This document shows, one piece after another, positions 52,070-64,000 of a DNA stretch of 64,000 nt. The stretch comes from Octopus vulgaris. Lineage: Eukaryota. The stretch lies in assembly GCA_951406725.2 (NCBI GenBank), contig OX597820.1, positions 116,870,001 to 116,934,000 of the forward strand. The letters run 5' to 3'. Numbering within the stretch: position 1 is the first letter of the stretch; each line of letters starts with the position of its first letter. The notes below the pieces were generated by a model. The model saw only the letters and a program-made list of their open reading frames with translations, did not search any database and had not been told where the DNA came from. Position numbers and translations under genes: made by a program.

Positions 52070-52368
52070 GTGGAGGCACATGGCCTAGTGGTTAGAGCAG
52101 CGGACTCACGGTCGAAGGATTGCGGGTTCGAATCTCAGATCGGGCGATGTGTGTGTTTATGAGTGAAACACCTAAGTGGCTCCAGCAGAAGGTAATGGCA
52201 AACCTCTGCTGACTCTTTCACCACAACTTTCTCTCACTCTTTCCTTCTGCATCTTGCAGCTCACCTGTGACGGACCGGCATCCCATCCAGGTGGGGAACC
52301 TATACGCCAAGGAGACCGGGAAACCGGCCCTTATGAGCCAGGCATGGCTCGAGAAGGAACAAACTAAT
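52070..52368 (+). mobile_element. SINE-C with tail type 3 (V-domain-like motif)
   Basis: A-box tggcctagtgg, B-box ggttcgaatc; tail cctgtgacggaccggcatcccatccagg; flanked by actaataaaca direct repeats. Confidence 0.85.
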
Positions 52369-52974
52369 AAACAGGAAAACAGGTACAAATTTTTTGATCT
52401 CTTCATTTAACAAGCCAATGCAAGTAACTGCATTTGGTTGCTATAGCTGCCAAATTTTTCCCAGTTCACAAAAAGATACATTGGTTGTGGTCCTACATAT
52501 ACAAAATCGATGGGATGGTCACAACAGGAATGTCTAACTCTAACAGGAGTTTATTTAGTGATAGGAAAAGTAAAAGACCAGTAAATAAGAAAATGGCTAA
52601 TGCAGAAACACAAACGGTACAAATGGGTGGAGGCAAGGCTGTGGAGTTAAGAAGTGTGTGTGTGTGTGCATTTGTCATCCACTACTGCATGACAATTGGT
52701 GTTGGTTTGCTTATGTTCCCTTAACTTGGCAGACTGATATAATAAGTACCAGATATAAAAATAAAAACTGGAGTCAATTTGTTTCATTAAACCTCTTCAA
52801 TGTGGTGCTCCAGCATGACCGAAATTAGTAAAAGATAATAGGTTAGACCATCCAGAGGCAAACAGACAGAGACAATGAGGGGGGGGGGATCAGTACAGGA
52901 ACTTGGAACTGGATTTCAATTCTGACCATTCTCCTTCAGATTTCCTATGACATTATGGGTACAGTGAATGCGTT

Positions 52975-53132
52975 TCGGTCAAATCGACCCCAGAACTTAT
53001 TCTTTGTAAGCCTAGTACTTATTCCATCGGTCTCTTTTGCCAAACCACTAAGTTAAAGGGACATAAACACACCAACATTGGCTGTCAAGCGATAGAGAGG
53101 GGACAAACACAGACATAAATACATACACACAC

Positions 53133-53183
<51 letters not shown>

Positions 53184-53342
53184 ATGGGTTTCTTTCAGTT
53201 TCCGTTTACCCAATCCACCCACAAGGCTTTGGTTGGCCCGAGTCTATGGTAGAAGACACTTGCCCAAGGTGGCACGCAGTGGGACTGAACCTGGAACCAT
53301 GTGGTTGGGAAGCAAGCTTCTTACCACACAGCCATGCCTACG
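52975..53342 (-). mobile_element. SINE-A, 3'-truncated
   Basis: Reverse match lacking the terminal stem-loop tail. Confidence 0.85.
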
Positions 53343-53350
53343 TCTATTTA

Positions 53351-53373
53351 AATACTGAATGAGAGCAAGTATT

Positions 53374-53407
<34 letters not shown>

Positions 53408-56400
53408 GGTGATGATTAGTTTTTTTTCAATTTTGTTTCCATTTCTTGCCAAGTGTCTTCCTGACACCTAGGACAGAGAAATTCACTGTACACCACCATT
53501 ATTTCTATTATTATTAGTAGTAGTATTATCATTACTATTATTACTACTGTTATTATTACTACTACTACCACTATTATTATTACTACTATTATTGCTACTA
53601 CCACTACTACTATTATTATTATTACTACTGTTATTATTACCACTACTATTATTATTATTACAACTATCACTACTACTACTACTATTATTATTATTGTTGT
53701 TGTTATTATCATACTTGCATACAGAAATAGTTCAACCATATGGTGGAAATATTGTGTTGCTAGGTATAGATAGAAGCAAGTACAATAATGCAGCTGATAT
53801 AGAGAGGAACAGAGACTAGAATGCCAACAACATCAATAGTAATTATTTAGCTGATACACTTCTTCTTGCACGACCAAACCATCTGAAATATTCAAGTCAG
53901 TTGAGAGGCCAACAGAGTGGATTCAATCTGCATCCAATGTAGATGATAATTTGATAAAGTAAGTGATGACTGGCAAATTAATAATAGTCGCTATCCACAG
54001 TTAACCCAAGAGCAATGTCATGCAACATTATCATTCTTTCGTAGTTTACATGGCTCCCACTTCTCTCTCTCTCTCTCTCTCTCTTTCTTACACACACACA
54101 ACTATGTTTTAAGAAATGCAACGAGCAGGTTACTATGGAAATTAAATAACTATCATTAAAGTTAGGTTATATCTACTGGGCTTCATAAGAGCAACAAAAA
54201 AACAAAAAAAAAGTATATATTTGTGTGTGTGTGTATGTATGTGAATGTGTGTGTATGTATGTGTGTGTGTGTGTGTGTGTGAGTGTGTGTATGTATGTGT
54301 GTGTATGTATATGAATGTACGTGTGTGTGTGTGTATGTTTGTGTGTGTGTGTGTGTGTATGTATATGTATGTATGTGTGTGAGTGTGTGTGTATGTATGT
54401 GTATGTATGTGTGTGTGTATGTATGTACGTGTGTGTGTGTGTGTGTGTATGGGCAGACAGTAGAATTGGTAGAGTTCCAGAGAAACTATTTTATGCTATT
54501 TGGCTGCCTCTCTTTACAAGCCAAGTTCACATCCCATTCAAGTCTATTTTGCTTTTCATCTTCCCAAGGTTAATAAAATACTAGAGTTAATTTGATTGGC
54601 AATACTCAAGAAGACAGAGCCCCAGCATGGCCACAATCTAATGACTAGAACCAAATGAGGAACACACACGCGTGCAGATCCCACACACGCACGCACACCC
54701 AATGACTTCAATTACCTAAAAGACTACTTCCTTCATTTTTTTCTTTTTCAGTTTAATCCAATCACGATCGTTGCCGGTTACTTGGCCATAAATGGCAGAA
54801 TGACATTTGAGTCTGTCTATCTTTTCCTAAAGTTCTACACTTCACAACACTGACTTTTTCTCAAAATGGTTAAAGTAAACAACCAAGAAACAGATGGGCA
54901 CAAGACAGAATACTGAATGAGAGCAAGTATTTCATTATTATTATTATTATTATTATGGTGATGATTAGTTTTTTTCAATTTTGTTTCCATTTCTTGCCAA
55001 GTGTCTTCCTGACACCTAGGACAGAGAAATTCACTGTACACCACCATTATTTCTATTATTATTAGTAGTAGTATTATCATTACTATTATTACTACTGTTA
55101 TTATTACTACTACTACCACTATTATTATTACTACTATTATTGCTACTACCACTACTACTATTATTATTATTACTACTGTTATTATTACCACTACTATTAT
55201 TATTATTACAACTATCACTACTACTACTACTATTATTATTATTGTTGTTGTTATTATCATACTTGCATACAGAAATAGTTCAACCATATGGTGGAAATAT
55301 TGTGTTGCTAGGTATAGATAGAAGCAAGTACAATAATGCAGCTGATATAGAGAGGAACAGAGACTAGAATGCCAACAACATCAATAGTAATTATTTAGCT
55401 GATACACTTCTTCTTGCACGACCAAACCATCTGAAATATTCAAGTCAGTTGAGAGGCCAACAGAGTGGATTCAATCTGCATCCAATGTAGATGATAATTT
55501 GATAAAGTAAGTGATGACTGGCAAATTAATAATAGTCGCTATCCACAGTTAACCCAAGAGCAATGTCATGCAACATTATCATTCTTTCGTAGTTTACATG
55601 GCTCCCACTTCTCTCTCTCTCTCTCTCTCTTTCTTACACACACACAACTATGTTTTAAGAAATGCAACGAGCAGGTTACTATGGAAATTAAATAACTATC
55701 ATTAAAGTTAGGTTATATCTACTGGGCTTCATAAGAGCAACAAAAAAACAAAAAAAAAGTATATATTTGTGTGTGTGTGTATGTATGTGAATGTGTGTGT
55801 ATGTATGTGTGTGTGTGTGTGTGTGTGTGAGTGTGTGTATGTATGTGTGTGTATGTATATGAATGTAAGTGTGTGTGTGTGTATGTTTGTGTGTGTGTGT
55901 GTGTGTATGTATATGTATGTATGTGTGTGAGTGTGTGTGTATGTATGTGTATGTATGTGTGTGTGTATGTATGTGTATGTACGTGTGTGTGTGTGTGTGT
56001 ATGGGCAGACAGTAGAATTGGTAGAGTTCCAGAGAAACTATTTTATGCTATTTGGCTGCCTCTCTTTACAAGCCAAGTTCACATCCCATTCAAGTCTATT
56101 TTGCTTTTCATCTTCCCAAGGTTAATAAAATACTAGAGTTAATTTGATTGGCAATACTCAAGAAGACAGAGCCCCAGCATGGCCACAATCTAATGACTAG
56201 AACCAAATGAGGAACACACACGCGTGCAGATCCCACACACGCACGCACACCCAATGACTTCAATTACCTAAAAGACTACTTCCTTCATTTTTTTCTTTTT
56301 CAGTTTAATCCAATCACGATCGTTGCCGGTTACTTGGCCATAAATGGCAGAATGACATTTGAGTCTGTCTATCTTTTCCTAAAGTTCTACACTTCACAAC

Positions 56401-56462
56401 ACTGACTTTTTCTCAAAATGGTTAAAGTAAACAACCAAGAAACAGATGGGCACAAGACAGAA
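53351..56462. repeat. Tandem duplication of ~1.55 kb (53351-54908 and 54909-56462)
   Basis: Identical ORF pairs offset by 1548 bp; by eye the copies differ almost only within microsatellites. Confidence 0.95.
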
Positions 56463-56551
56463 ATGGATAAAGTTAGAAAGCAGATAAGGTATAGCAATGC
56501 ATGGTGATGGTGACTAGCATAGCATTACCAGACTACTATGCTACTCTTACT

Positions 56552-56973
56552 ATACCTATTTCTTTACTACCCACAAGGGGCCAAACATAGAGGGGACAAA
56601 GAAGGAAAGACAAACGGATTAAGTCGATTATATCGACCCCAGTGCGTAACTGGTACTTATTTAATCAACCCCGAAAGGATGAAAGGCAAAGTCAACCTCG
56701 GTGGAATTTGAACTTAGAACGTAGTGGCAGATGAAATACCTATTTCTTTACTACCCACAAGGGGCTAAACACAGAGAGGACAAACAAGGACAGATACACA
56801 GATTAAGTCAATTATATCGACCCCAGTGTGTAACTGGTACTTATTTAATTGACCCCGAAAGGATGAAAGGCAAAATCGACCTCGGCGGAATTTGAACTCA
56901 GAACGTAGCGGCAGACGAAATACTGCAAAGCATTTCGCCCGGCGTGCTAACAATTCTGCTAGCTCGTCGCCTT
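56552..56973 (-). mobile_element. SINE-B dimer
   Basis: Junction gatgaaatacc|tatttc at ~56740, at the same position as in the pentamer. Confidence 0.9.
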
Positions 56974-58194
56974 CCCTGCCAACAGAGAGACAGCAGAATC
57001 AAATTTTAAATTTAAACATCCGATTCCTTTACTCAAATTATTCCATAATCAAAGAGACAAAGACTTCTGGATTAACTAATGCATATATGCAGTATATCAA
57101 CTGCTGCTGTCGTTATAACAATTCTTCACTAGAGCTACTACAAGACTATCAGCAAACAACCTTCATTTTTTGGCAACCTGTTTAATATCTACCATTAATG
57201 GGCATAAAAACGAAAATGTTTTGATCAATTCCTCCCCATCCACCACCATTTCCAGGTCATAAAAATTGCATTTGGAACAGATTGCATTTTATAAATGCTT
57301 CTTACTACAAGTTGCAGTAAAGCTAAAAGCTTAATGGATCTAATGGCCATGGTCTTGTCCTTAGGAAACAAAAATAGAGAAATACCTTCCATGATCATAT
57401 GTTAATGACTCTACTTATCTTTTTATTTTTTTTTTCCTCCCTACTTCCATAAAAACATTCCATTGATATAAATTACATAAATTCTCAATTGCTTGCATAT
57501 ATCAATTTATCTTTAGTATGCCGAGCCATAATGGGTGGGAGAAGGTTTTAAGTGACTAAAATACACCCCCCCCCAAAAAAAACCCAAAAAACAAACAAAC
57601 TAAATTATCTTTTTGAAAGTCGAATTAACCCTATAACACATAAAGTATCAAATATGCAGTGAAAAACGAAAAAAAAAAAAAAAAAAAAACCAGTAAAATC
57701 TAAAAATTTAGGTGGAAAAGTTGAAAAGTTGCAACACCCACAAGGTATTATAATGCTTGTATGCAATAATAATGTTGTTGTTCAAACAAAGAATCCTTAA
57801 ATTTGGTATAGCATTTGATTTGTCATTCTTTGGAAAATTTATTGTATTTGAAGCATCAAGAATTATTAACAATTTGGCTTCAAGTAAGATTCTGAGCATC
57901 TTTGTATTGTTCATTGTTGCAGTGGCTTGTGAAACGTTATATTTAATACTCATGGTTCTATATTGGATAAAATTATTTTCCAATTAAAAAATAATAATAA
58001 TAATAACAACAATCCTCTCATACCTCATCTCTTTTAAATTGTGTGAGTGGGTGTATATAAGTGTATATATATCTGTGTATGTGGACGTATGTACATATAT
58101 CTGTGTATGCATTCATGTCTATACTGTTCTAACTTTCCATCATTGAGATAGATGGTGGTGGTGGTGGGTTTACTGTGTTTATATTATTCACGCC

Positions 58195-58290
58195 ATCATC
58201 ATTTAACACCCATTTTCCATGCTGGCATGGGTTGGACTGTTTGACAGGAGCTGCACCAGGCTCCAACTGTCTGTTTCGGCATGGTTTCCA
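58195..58290 (-). mobile_element. RTE-type 3' tail that runs into the satellite
   Basis: catcatcatttaacacccattttccatgctggcatgggttggac matches 4040-4100. Confidence 0.8.
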
Positions 58291-61200
58291 CATGCCACCA
58301 GCACAGGTGCTTTATAGGTGTTTTATACATGCCACCAGCACAAGTGCTTTATAATACGAGCCACCATCACAAGTGCTTTATAAACGTGCCACTAGCATGG
58401 GTGCTTTATATACATGCCACCAGCACAAGTGCTTTATAATACGTGCCACCATCACAAGTGCTTTATAAACGTGCCACTAGCACAAGTGCTTTATATACAT
58501 GCCACCAGCACACGTGCTTTATAATACGTGCCACCAGTACGAGTGCTTTATATGTGACACCAGCAAGGGTGCTTTATATATGTGCCACCAGCACAGGTGC
58601 TTTATATATGTGCCACCAGTACGGGTGCTTTATATATGTGACACCAGCACAAGTGCTTTATATATGTGCCACCAGTACGGGTGCTTTATATATGTGACAC
58701 CAGTACGGGTGCTTTATATATGTGACACCAGCACGGGTGCTTTATATATGTGACACCAGCATGGGTGCTTTATATATGTGCCACCAGCACAGGTGCTTTA
58801 TATATGTGACACCAGCACGGGTGCTTTATATATGTGACACCAGCATGGGTGCTTTATATATGTGCCACCAGCACAGGTGCTTTATATATGTGACACCAGC
58901 ATGGGTGCTTTATATATGTGACACCAGCATGGGTGCTTTATATATGTGCCACCAGCACGGGTGCTTTATATATGTGACACCAGCATGGGTGCTTTATATA
59001 TGTGCCACCAGCACAGGTGCTTTATATATGTGACACCAGCATGGGTGCTTTATATATGTGCCACCAGCATGGGTGCTTTATATATGTGACACCAGCATGG
59101 GTGCTTTATATATGTGACACCAGCATGGGTGCTTTATATATGTGACACCAGCACAGGTGCTTTATATATGTGACACCAGCATGGGTGCTTTATATATGTG
59201 ACACCAGCACGGGTGCTTTATATATGTGACACCAGCATGGGTGCTTTATATATGTGACACCAGCACGGGTGCTTTATATATGTGACACCAGCATGGGTGC
59301 TTTATATATGTGACACCAGCATGGGTGCTTTATATATGTGACACCAGCACAGGTGCTTTATATATGTGCCACCAGCACAGGTGCTTTATATATGTGCCAC
59401 CAGCATGGGTGCTTTATATATGTGACATCAGCACAGGTGCTTTATATATGTGACACCAGCATGGGTGCTTTATATATGTGACACCAGCATGGGTGCTTTA
59501 TATATGTGACACCCAGCATGGGTGCTTTATATATGTGACACCAGCATGGGTGCTTTATATATGTGACACCAGCACGGGTGCTTTATATATGTGACACCAG
59601 CATGGGTGCTTTATATATGTGACACCAGCACAGGTGCTTTATATATGTGACACCAGCATGGGTGCTTTATATATGTGACACCAGCACAGGTGCTTTATAT
59701 ATGTGACACCAGCATGGGTGCTTTATATATGTGACACCAGCAAGGGTGCTTTATATATGTGACACCAGCAGGGGTGCTTTATATATGTGACACCAGCATG
59801 GGTGCTTTATATATGTGACACCAGCACGGTGCTTTATATATGTGACACCAGCATGGGTGCTTTATATATGTGACACCAGCATGGGTGCTTATATATAGCT
59901 TTATATATGTGACACCAGCATGGGTGCTTTATATATGTGACACCAGCACATGGGTGCTTTATATATGTGACACCAGCATGGGTGCTTTATATATGTGCCA
60001 CCAGCATGGGTGCTTTATATATGTGCCACCACCAGCATGGGTGCTTTATATATGTGACACCAGCATGGGTGCTTTATATATGTGACACCAGCATGGGTGC
60101 TTTATATATGTGACACCAGCATGGGTGCTTTATATATGTGACACCAGCATGGGTGCTTTATATATGTGCATGTGCACCAGCATGGGTGCTTTATATATGT
60201 GACACCAGCACGGGTGCTTTATATATGTGACACCAGCATGGGTGCTTTATATATGTGACACCAGCACGGGTGCTTTATATATGTGACACCAGCACGGGTG
60301 CTTTATATATGTGACACCAGCATGGGTGCTTTATATATGTGCCACCAGCATGGGTGCTTTATATATGTGACACCAGCATGGGTGCTTTATATATGTGACA
60401 CCAGCATGGGTGCTTTATATATGTGACACCAGCATGGGTGCTTTATATATGTGACACCAGCATGGGTGCTTTATATATGTGACACCAGCATGGGTGCTTT
60501 ATATATGTGACACCAGCATGGGTGCTTTTATATGTGTGCCACCAGCATGGGTGCTTTATATATGTGACACCAGCATGGGTGCTTTATATATGTGACACCA
60601 GCATGGGTGCTTTATATATGTGCTTTATATACACCAGCATGGGTGCTTTATATATGTGACACCAGCATGGGTGCTTTATATATGTGCCACCAGCATGGGT
60701 GCTTTATATATATGTGCCACCAGCAGGGTGCTTTATATATGTGACACCAGCATGGGTGCTTTATATATGTGACACCAGCATGGGTGCTTTATATATGTGA
60801 CACCAGCATGGGTGCTTTATATATGTGACACCAGCATGGGTGCTTTATATATGTGACACCAGCATGGGTGCTTTATATATGTGACACCAGCAGGGTGCTT
60901 TATATATGTGACACCAGCATGGGTGCTTTATATATGTGACACCAGCACGGGTGCTTTATATATGTGACACCAGCATGGGTGCTTTATATATGTGACACCA
61001 GCATGGGTGCTTTATATATGTGCCACCAGCATGGGTGCTTTATATATGTGACACCAGCATGGGTGCTTTATATATGTGCCACCAGCAGGGTGCTTTATAT
61101 ATGTGACACCAGCATGGGTGCTTTATATATGTGACACCAGCATGGGTGCTTTATATATGTGACACCAGCATGGGTGCTTTATATATGTGACACCAGCATG

Positions 61201-62635
61201 GGTGCTTTATATATGTGACACCAGCACGGGTGCTTTATATATGTGACACCAGCATGGGTGCTTTATATATGTGACACCAGCATGGGTGCTTTATATATGT
61301 GACACCAGCACGGGTGCTTTATATATGTGACACCAGCATGGGTGCTTTATATATATGTGCTTTATATGTGCACCAGCAGGGTGCTTTATATATGTGCCAC
61401 CAGCACGGGTGCTTTATATATGTGACACCAGCATGGGTGCTTTATATATGTGACACCAGCATGGGTGCTTTATATATGTGCCACACCAGCACGGGTGCTT
61501 TATATATGTGCCACCAGCACGGGTGCTTATATATGTGCACCAGCATGGTCTATATATGTGCACCAGCATGGGTGCTTTATATATGTGACACCAGCATGGG
61601 TGCTTTATATATGTGCCACCAGCACGGGTGCTTTATATATGTGCCACCAGCATGGGTGCTTTATATATGTGACACCAGCATGGGTGCTTTATATATGTGA
61701 CACCAGCATGGGTGCTTTATATATGTGACACCAGCATGGGTGCTTTATATATGTGACACCAGCATGGGTGCTTTATATATGTGCCACCAGCATGGGTGCT
61801 TTATATATGTGACACCAGCACGGGTGCTTTATATATGTGACACCAGCATGGGTGCTTTATATATGTGACACCAGCAGGGTGCTTTATATATGTGCACACC
61901 AGCATGGGTGCTTTATATATGTGACACCAGCAGGGTGCTTTATATATGTGCCACCAGCACGGGTGCTTTATATATGTGACACCAGCACGGGTGCTTTATA
62001 TATGTGACACCAGCACGGGTGCTTTATATATGTGACACCAGCAGGGTGCTTTATATATGTGCACCAGCATGGGTGCTTTATATATGTGACACCAGCATGG
62101 GTGCTTTATATATGTGCACCACCAGCATGGGTGCTTTATATATGTGCCACCAGCAGGGTGCTTTATATATGTGACACCAGCACGGGTGCTTTATATATGT
62201 GACACCAGCATGGGTGCTTTATATATATGTGCCACCACATGGGTGCTTTATATATGTGACACCAGCATGGGTGCTTTATATATGTGCCACCAGCATGGGT
62301 GCTTTATATATGTGACACCAGCATGGGTGCTTTATATATGTGACACCAGCATGGGTGCTTTATATATGTGCCACCAGCATGGGTGCTTTATATATGTGCC
62401 ACCAGCATGGGTGCTTTATATATGTGACACCAGCATGGGTGCTTTTATATATGTGCCACCAGCATGGTGTGCTTTATATATGTGACACCAGCACTGGTGC
62501 TTTATATATGTGCCACCAGCATGGGTGCTTTATATATGTGCCACCAGCACGGGTGCTTTATATATGTGACACCAGCATGGGTGCTTTATATATGTGACAC
62601 CAGCATGGGTGCTTTATATATGTGACACCAGCACC
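58290..62635. repeat. Satellite with a 28-bp unit gtg(a/c)caccagca(t/c)gggtgctttatatat, roughly 150 copies
   Basis: Direct reading; ~4.3 kb divided by 28 bp. Confidence 0.98.
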
Positions 62636-63627
62636 ATACACAATACATCATTTTCCCTACTCCTATTTCTTTTCATCTGGTACAATAGTATTTTGTTTTT
62701 TTGTCTTTTTACAGAGAAATAATTATTTAATGTTCAATGAAAAAAATACTTATAGAATAAAATAGAATATCTAACTTCTACTGGTTTTGAACTCTCACTC
62801 TGGCTATGAGACACAAACACTTTCACACATGCATTTACACAGGATAGACTTTTAGTTTCCACCTAATCCACTCACAGGGTGTTGGCTGGCTTGAGACATT
62901 TGTGGAAGACACCTGCCCGAGGTGCCAAGTCTGTGCTTATTTCCACTCCCAAATGAAAAGTAAGCTTTTATACAAAAAGGAAAACAGGAAAACGTAAATG
63001 ATACACCATGTGAATAAAAGATAAAAAGAGTACAAGAGTGCTATATGGATACGTGATATCTCCATAGATATCACTTTTAGAGAGTACAAGCCAAATGGGG
63101 GGGAGCATCTATGTGGTTACTCGACTACCTAGAAACAGCAGCCAACTCTTTCTCAATACATTAGTTTTGAAAAATGGGAAGGACATACTGAATATCAAGA
63201 TGGTGATGATTAGAACTGTTTTGCTTACAGGTCAACTTAATCATGTCTGACCAGGGGTTAAACAACAGCAATTTCATGTAATATGTTGAAGAGCCAAAAG
63301 CCAAGTGAAATGAAATGACCCAGACAGGAATTTAAACCAGTGTTGCAGAACTTGGTTCACCAGGTACTTTCTATTCTGTTGGCCTAAGAAAATCTACCCA
63401 AAACCTACTACTACATATATTAAATGGAAAAAAAAAAAAAGAAAAAAAAAACTGCAAACTAAAAGAAAAGGAAACACAAACACACACACACACACAAGAA
63501 AAATAAGATACAAACCTATCTTAGCTACTCTGATTTCTTGTACAAGTTCCAAGAAGGAAGGTTGAAGTGTATCTTAAGTTGCATGATATATACATATACA
63601 CACATATATATATATATATTTCAACAT

Positions 63628-63667
<40 letters not shown>

Positions 63668-64000
63668 GTATTTATTACCCCAATCACCATCACAATCATT
63701 GTTTTTATGCCCTTCCCCTAGCCTCATAATTGGGTTGAGCAAGTCTCAAAGAGTCTTACATACTTTGCAATGTAATGGGTATATTTTTATATAGTTATCA
63801 TGCCGCCAACACATGAAAGAGGTTGGCTATAGCAGAAATAAAAGCTTTCTTCTGCCCAGAATCAGTTTTTTTAAGAATTTACTTCCCTCCCAGACAAGTT
63901 GCCTGTGATGTGGTTTGTTGAATCAACATCTCTTTCACACATGCTTTTTTTTTTTGCCGTTTTCTTTGGCACGGTTCTTTATGGTTGGATACCCTTCTTA

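Noticed and set aside
52070-52145. Functional tRNA genes at SINE heads (also 38546-38615)
   Set aside because: A and B boxes are present but acceptor and anticodon stems do not pair fully, and each continues into a SINE body.
53416-53819. Hydrophobic poly-Ile/Val or poly-Leu membrane protein, duplicated at 54835-55367
   Set aside because: Degenerate (TAT/TAC)n trinucleotide repeat inside the tandem duplication.
57708-57987. Overlapping antiparallel ORFs
   Set aside because: Short, AT-rich and of low-complexity composition, with no recognisable family.
58290-62635. CRISPR-like array or Cys/His-rich repeat protein (MCHQHGCFIYVTPAW ORFs)
   Set aside because: Units are directly adjacent with no unique spacers and no cas genes; 28 is not a multiple of 3, so the ORFs simply cycle through frames until a stop.

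Overview
AT-rich, microsatellite-dense animal DNA. The SINE consensi look like those of an Octopus genome; that assignment is recognition from memory, not a search result. No protein-coding gene can be called with confidence, and nearly all ORF-track entries are translations of SINEs or simple repeats. The window is intronic or intergenic and dominated by: (i) a ~400-bp tRNA-headed SINE with an internal (TA)n/(TG)n linker, here called SINE-A (~17 copies); (ii) a tRNA-headed SINE with a Meta-like central domain, here called SINE-B, which repeatedly forms head-to-tail multimers; (iii) a third tRNA-derived head joined to three different tails; (iv) RTE-LINE 3' ends and fossil R4/Dong-type LINEs (RT and restriction-like endonuclease); (v) TTAA-flanked piggyBac-type MITE dimers, hAT MITEs and one non-autonomous Helitron; (vi) a ~1.55-kb tandem duplication and a ~4.3-kb satellite of a 28-bp unit that grew out of a retroposon 3' UTR. 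The most notable signals are hammerhead-ribozyme motifs: a TSD-flanked element joining a tRNA (Pol III) head to a minimal hammerhead (38373-38612), a 322-bp foldback with a hammerhead in each arm (50439-50760), and further degenerate copies.
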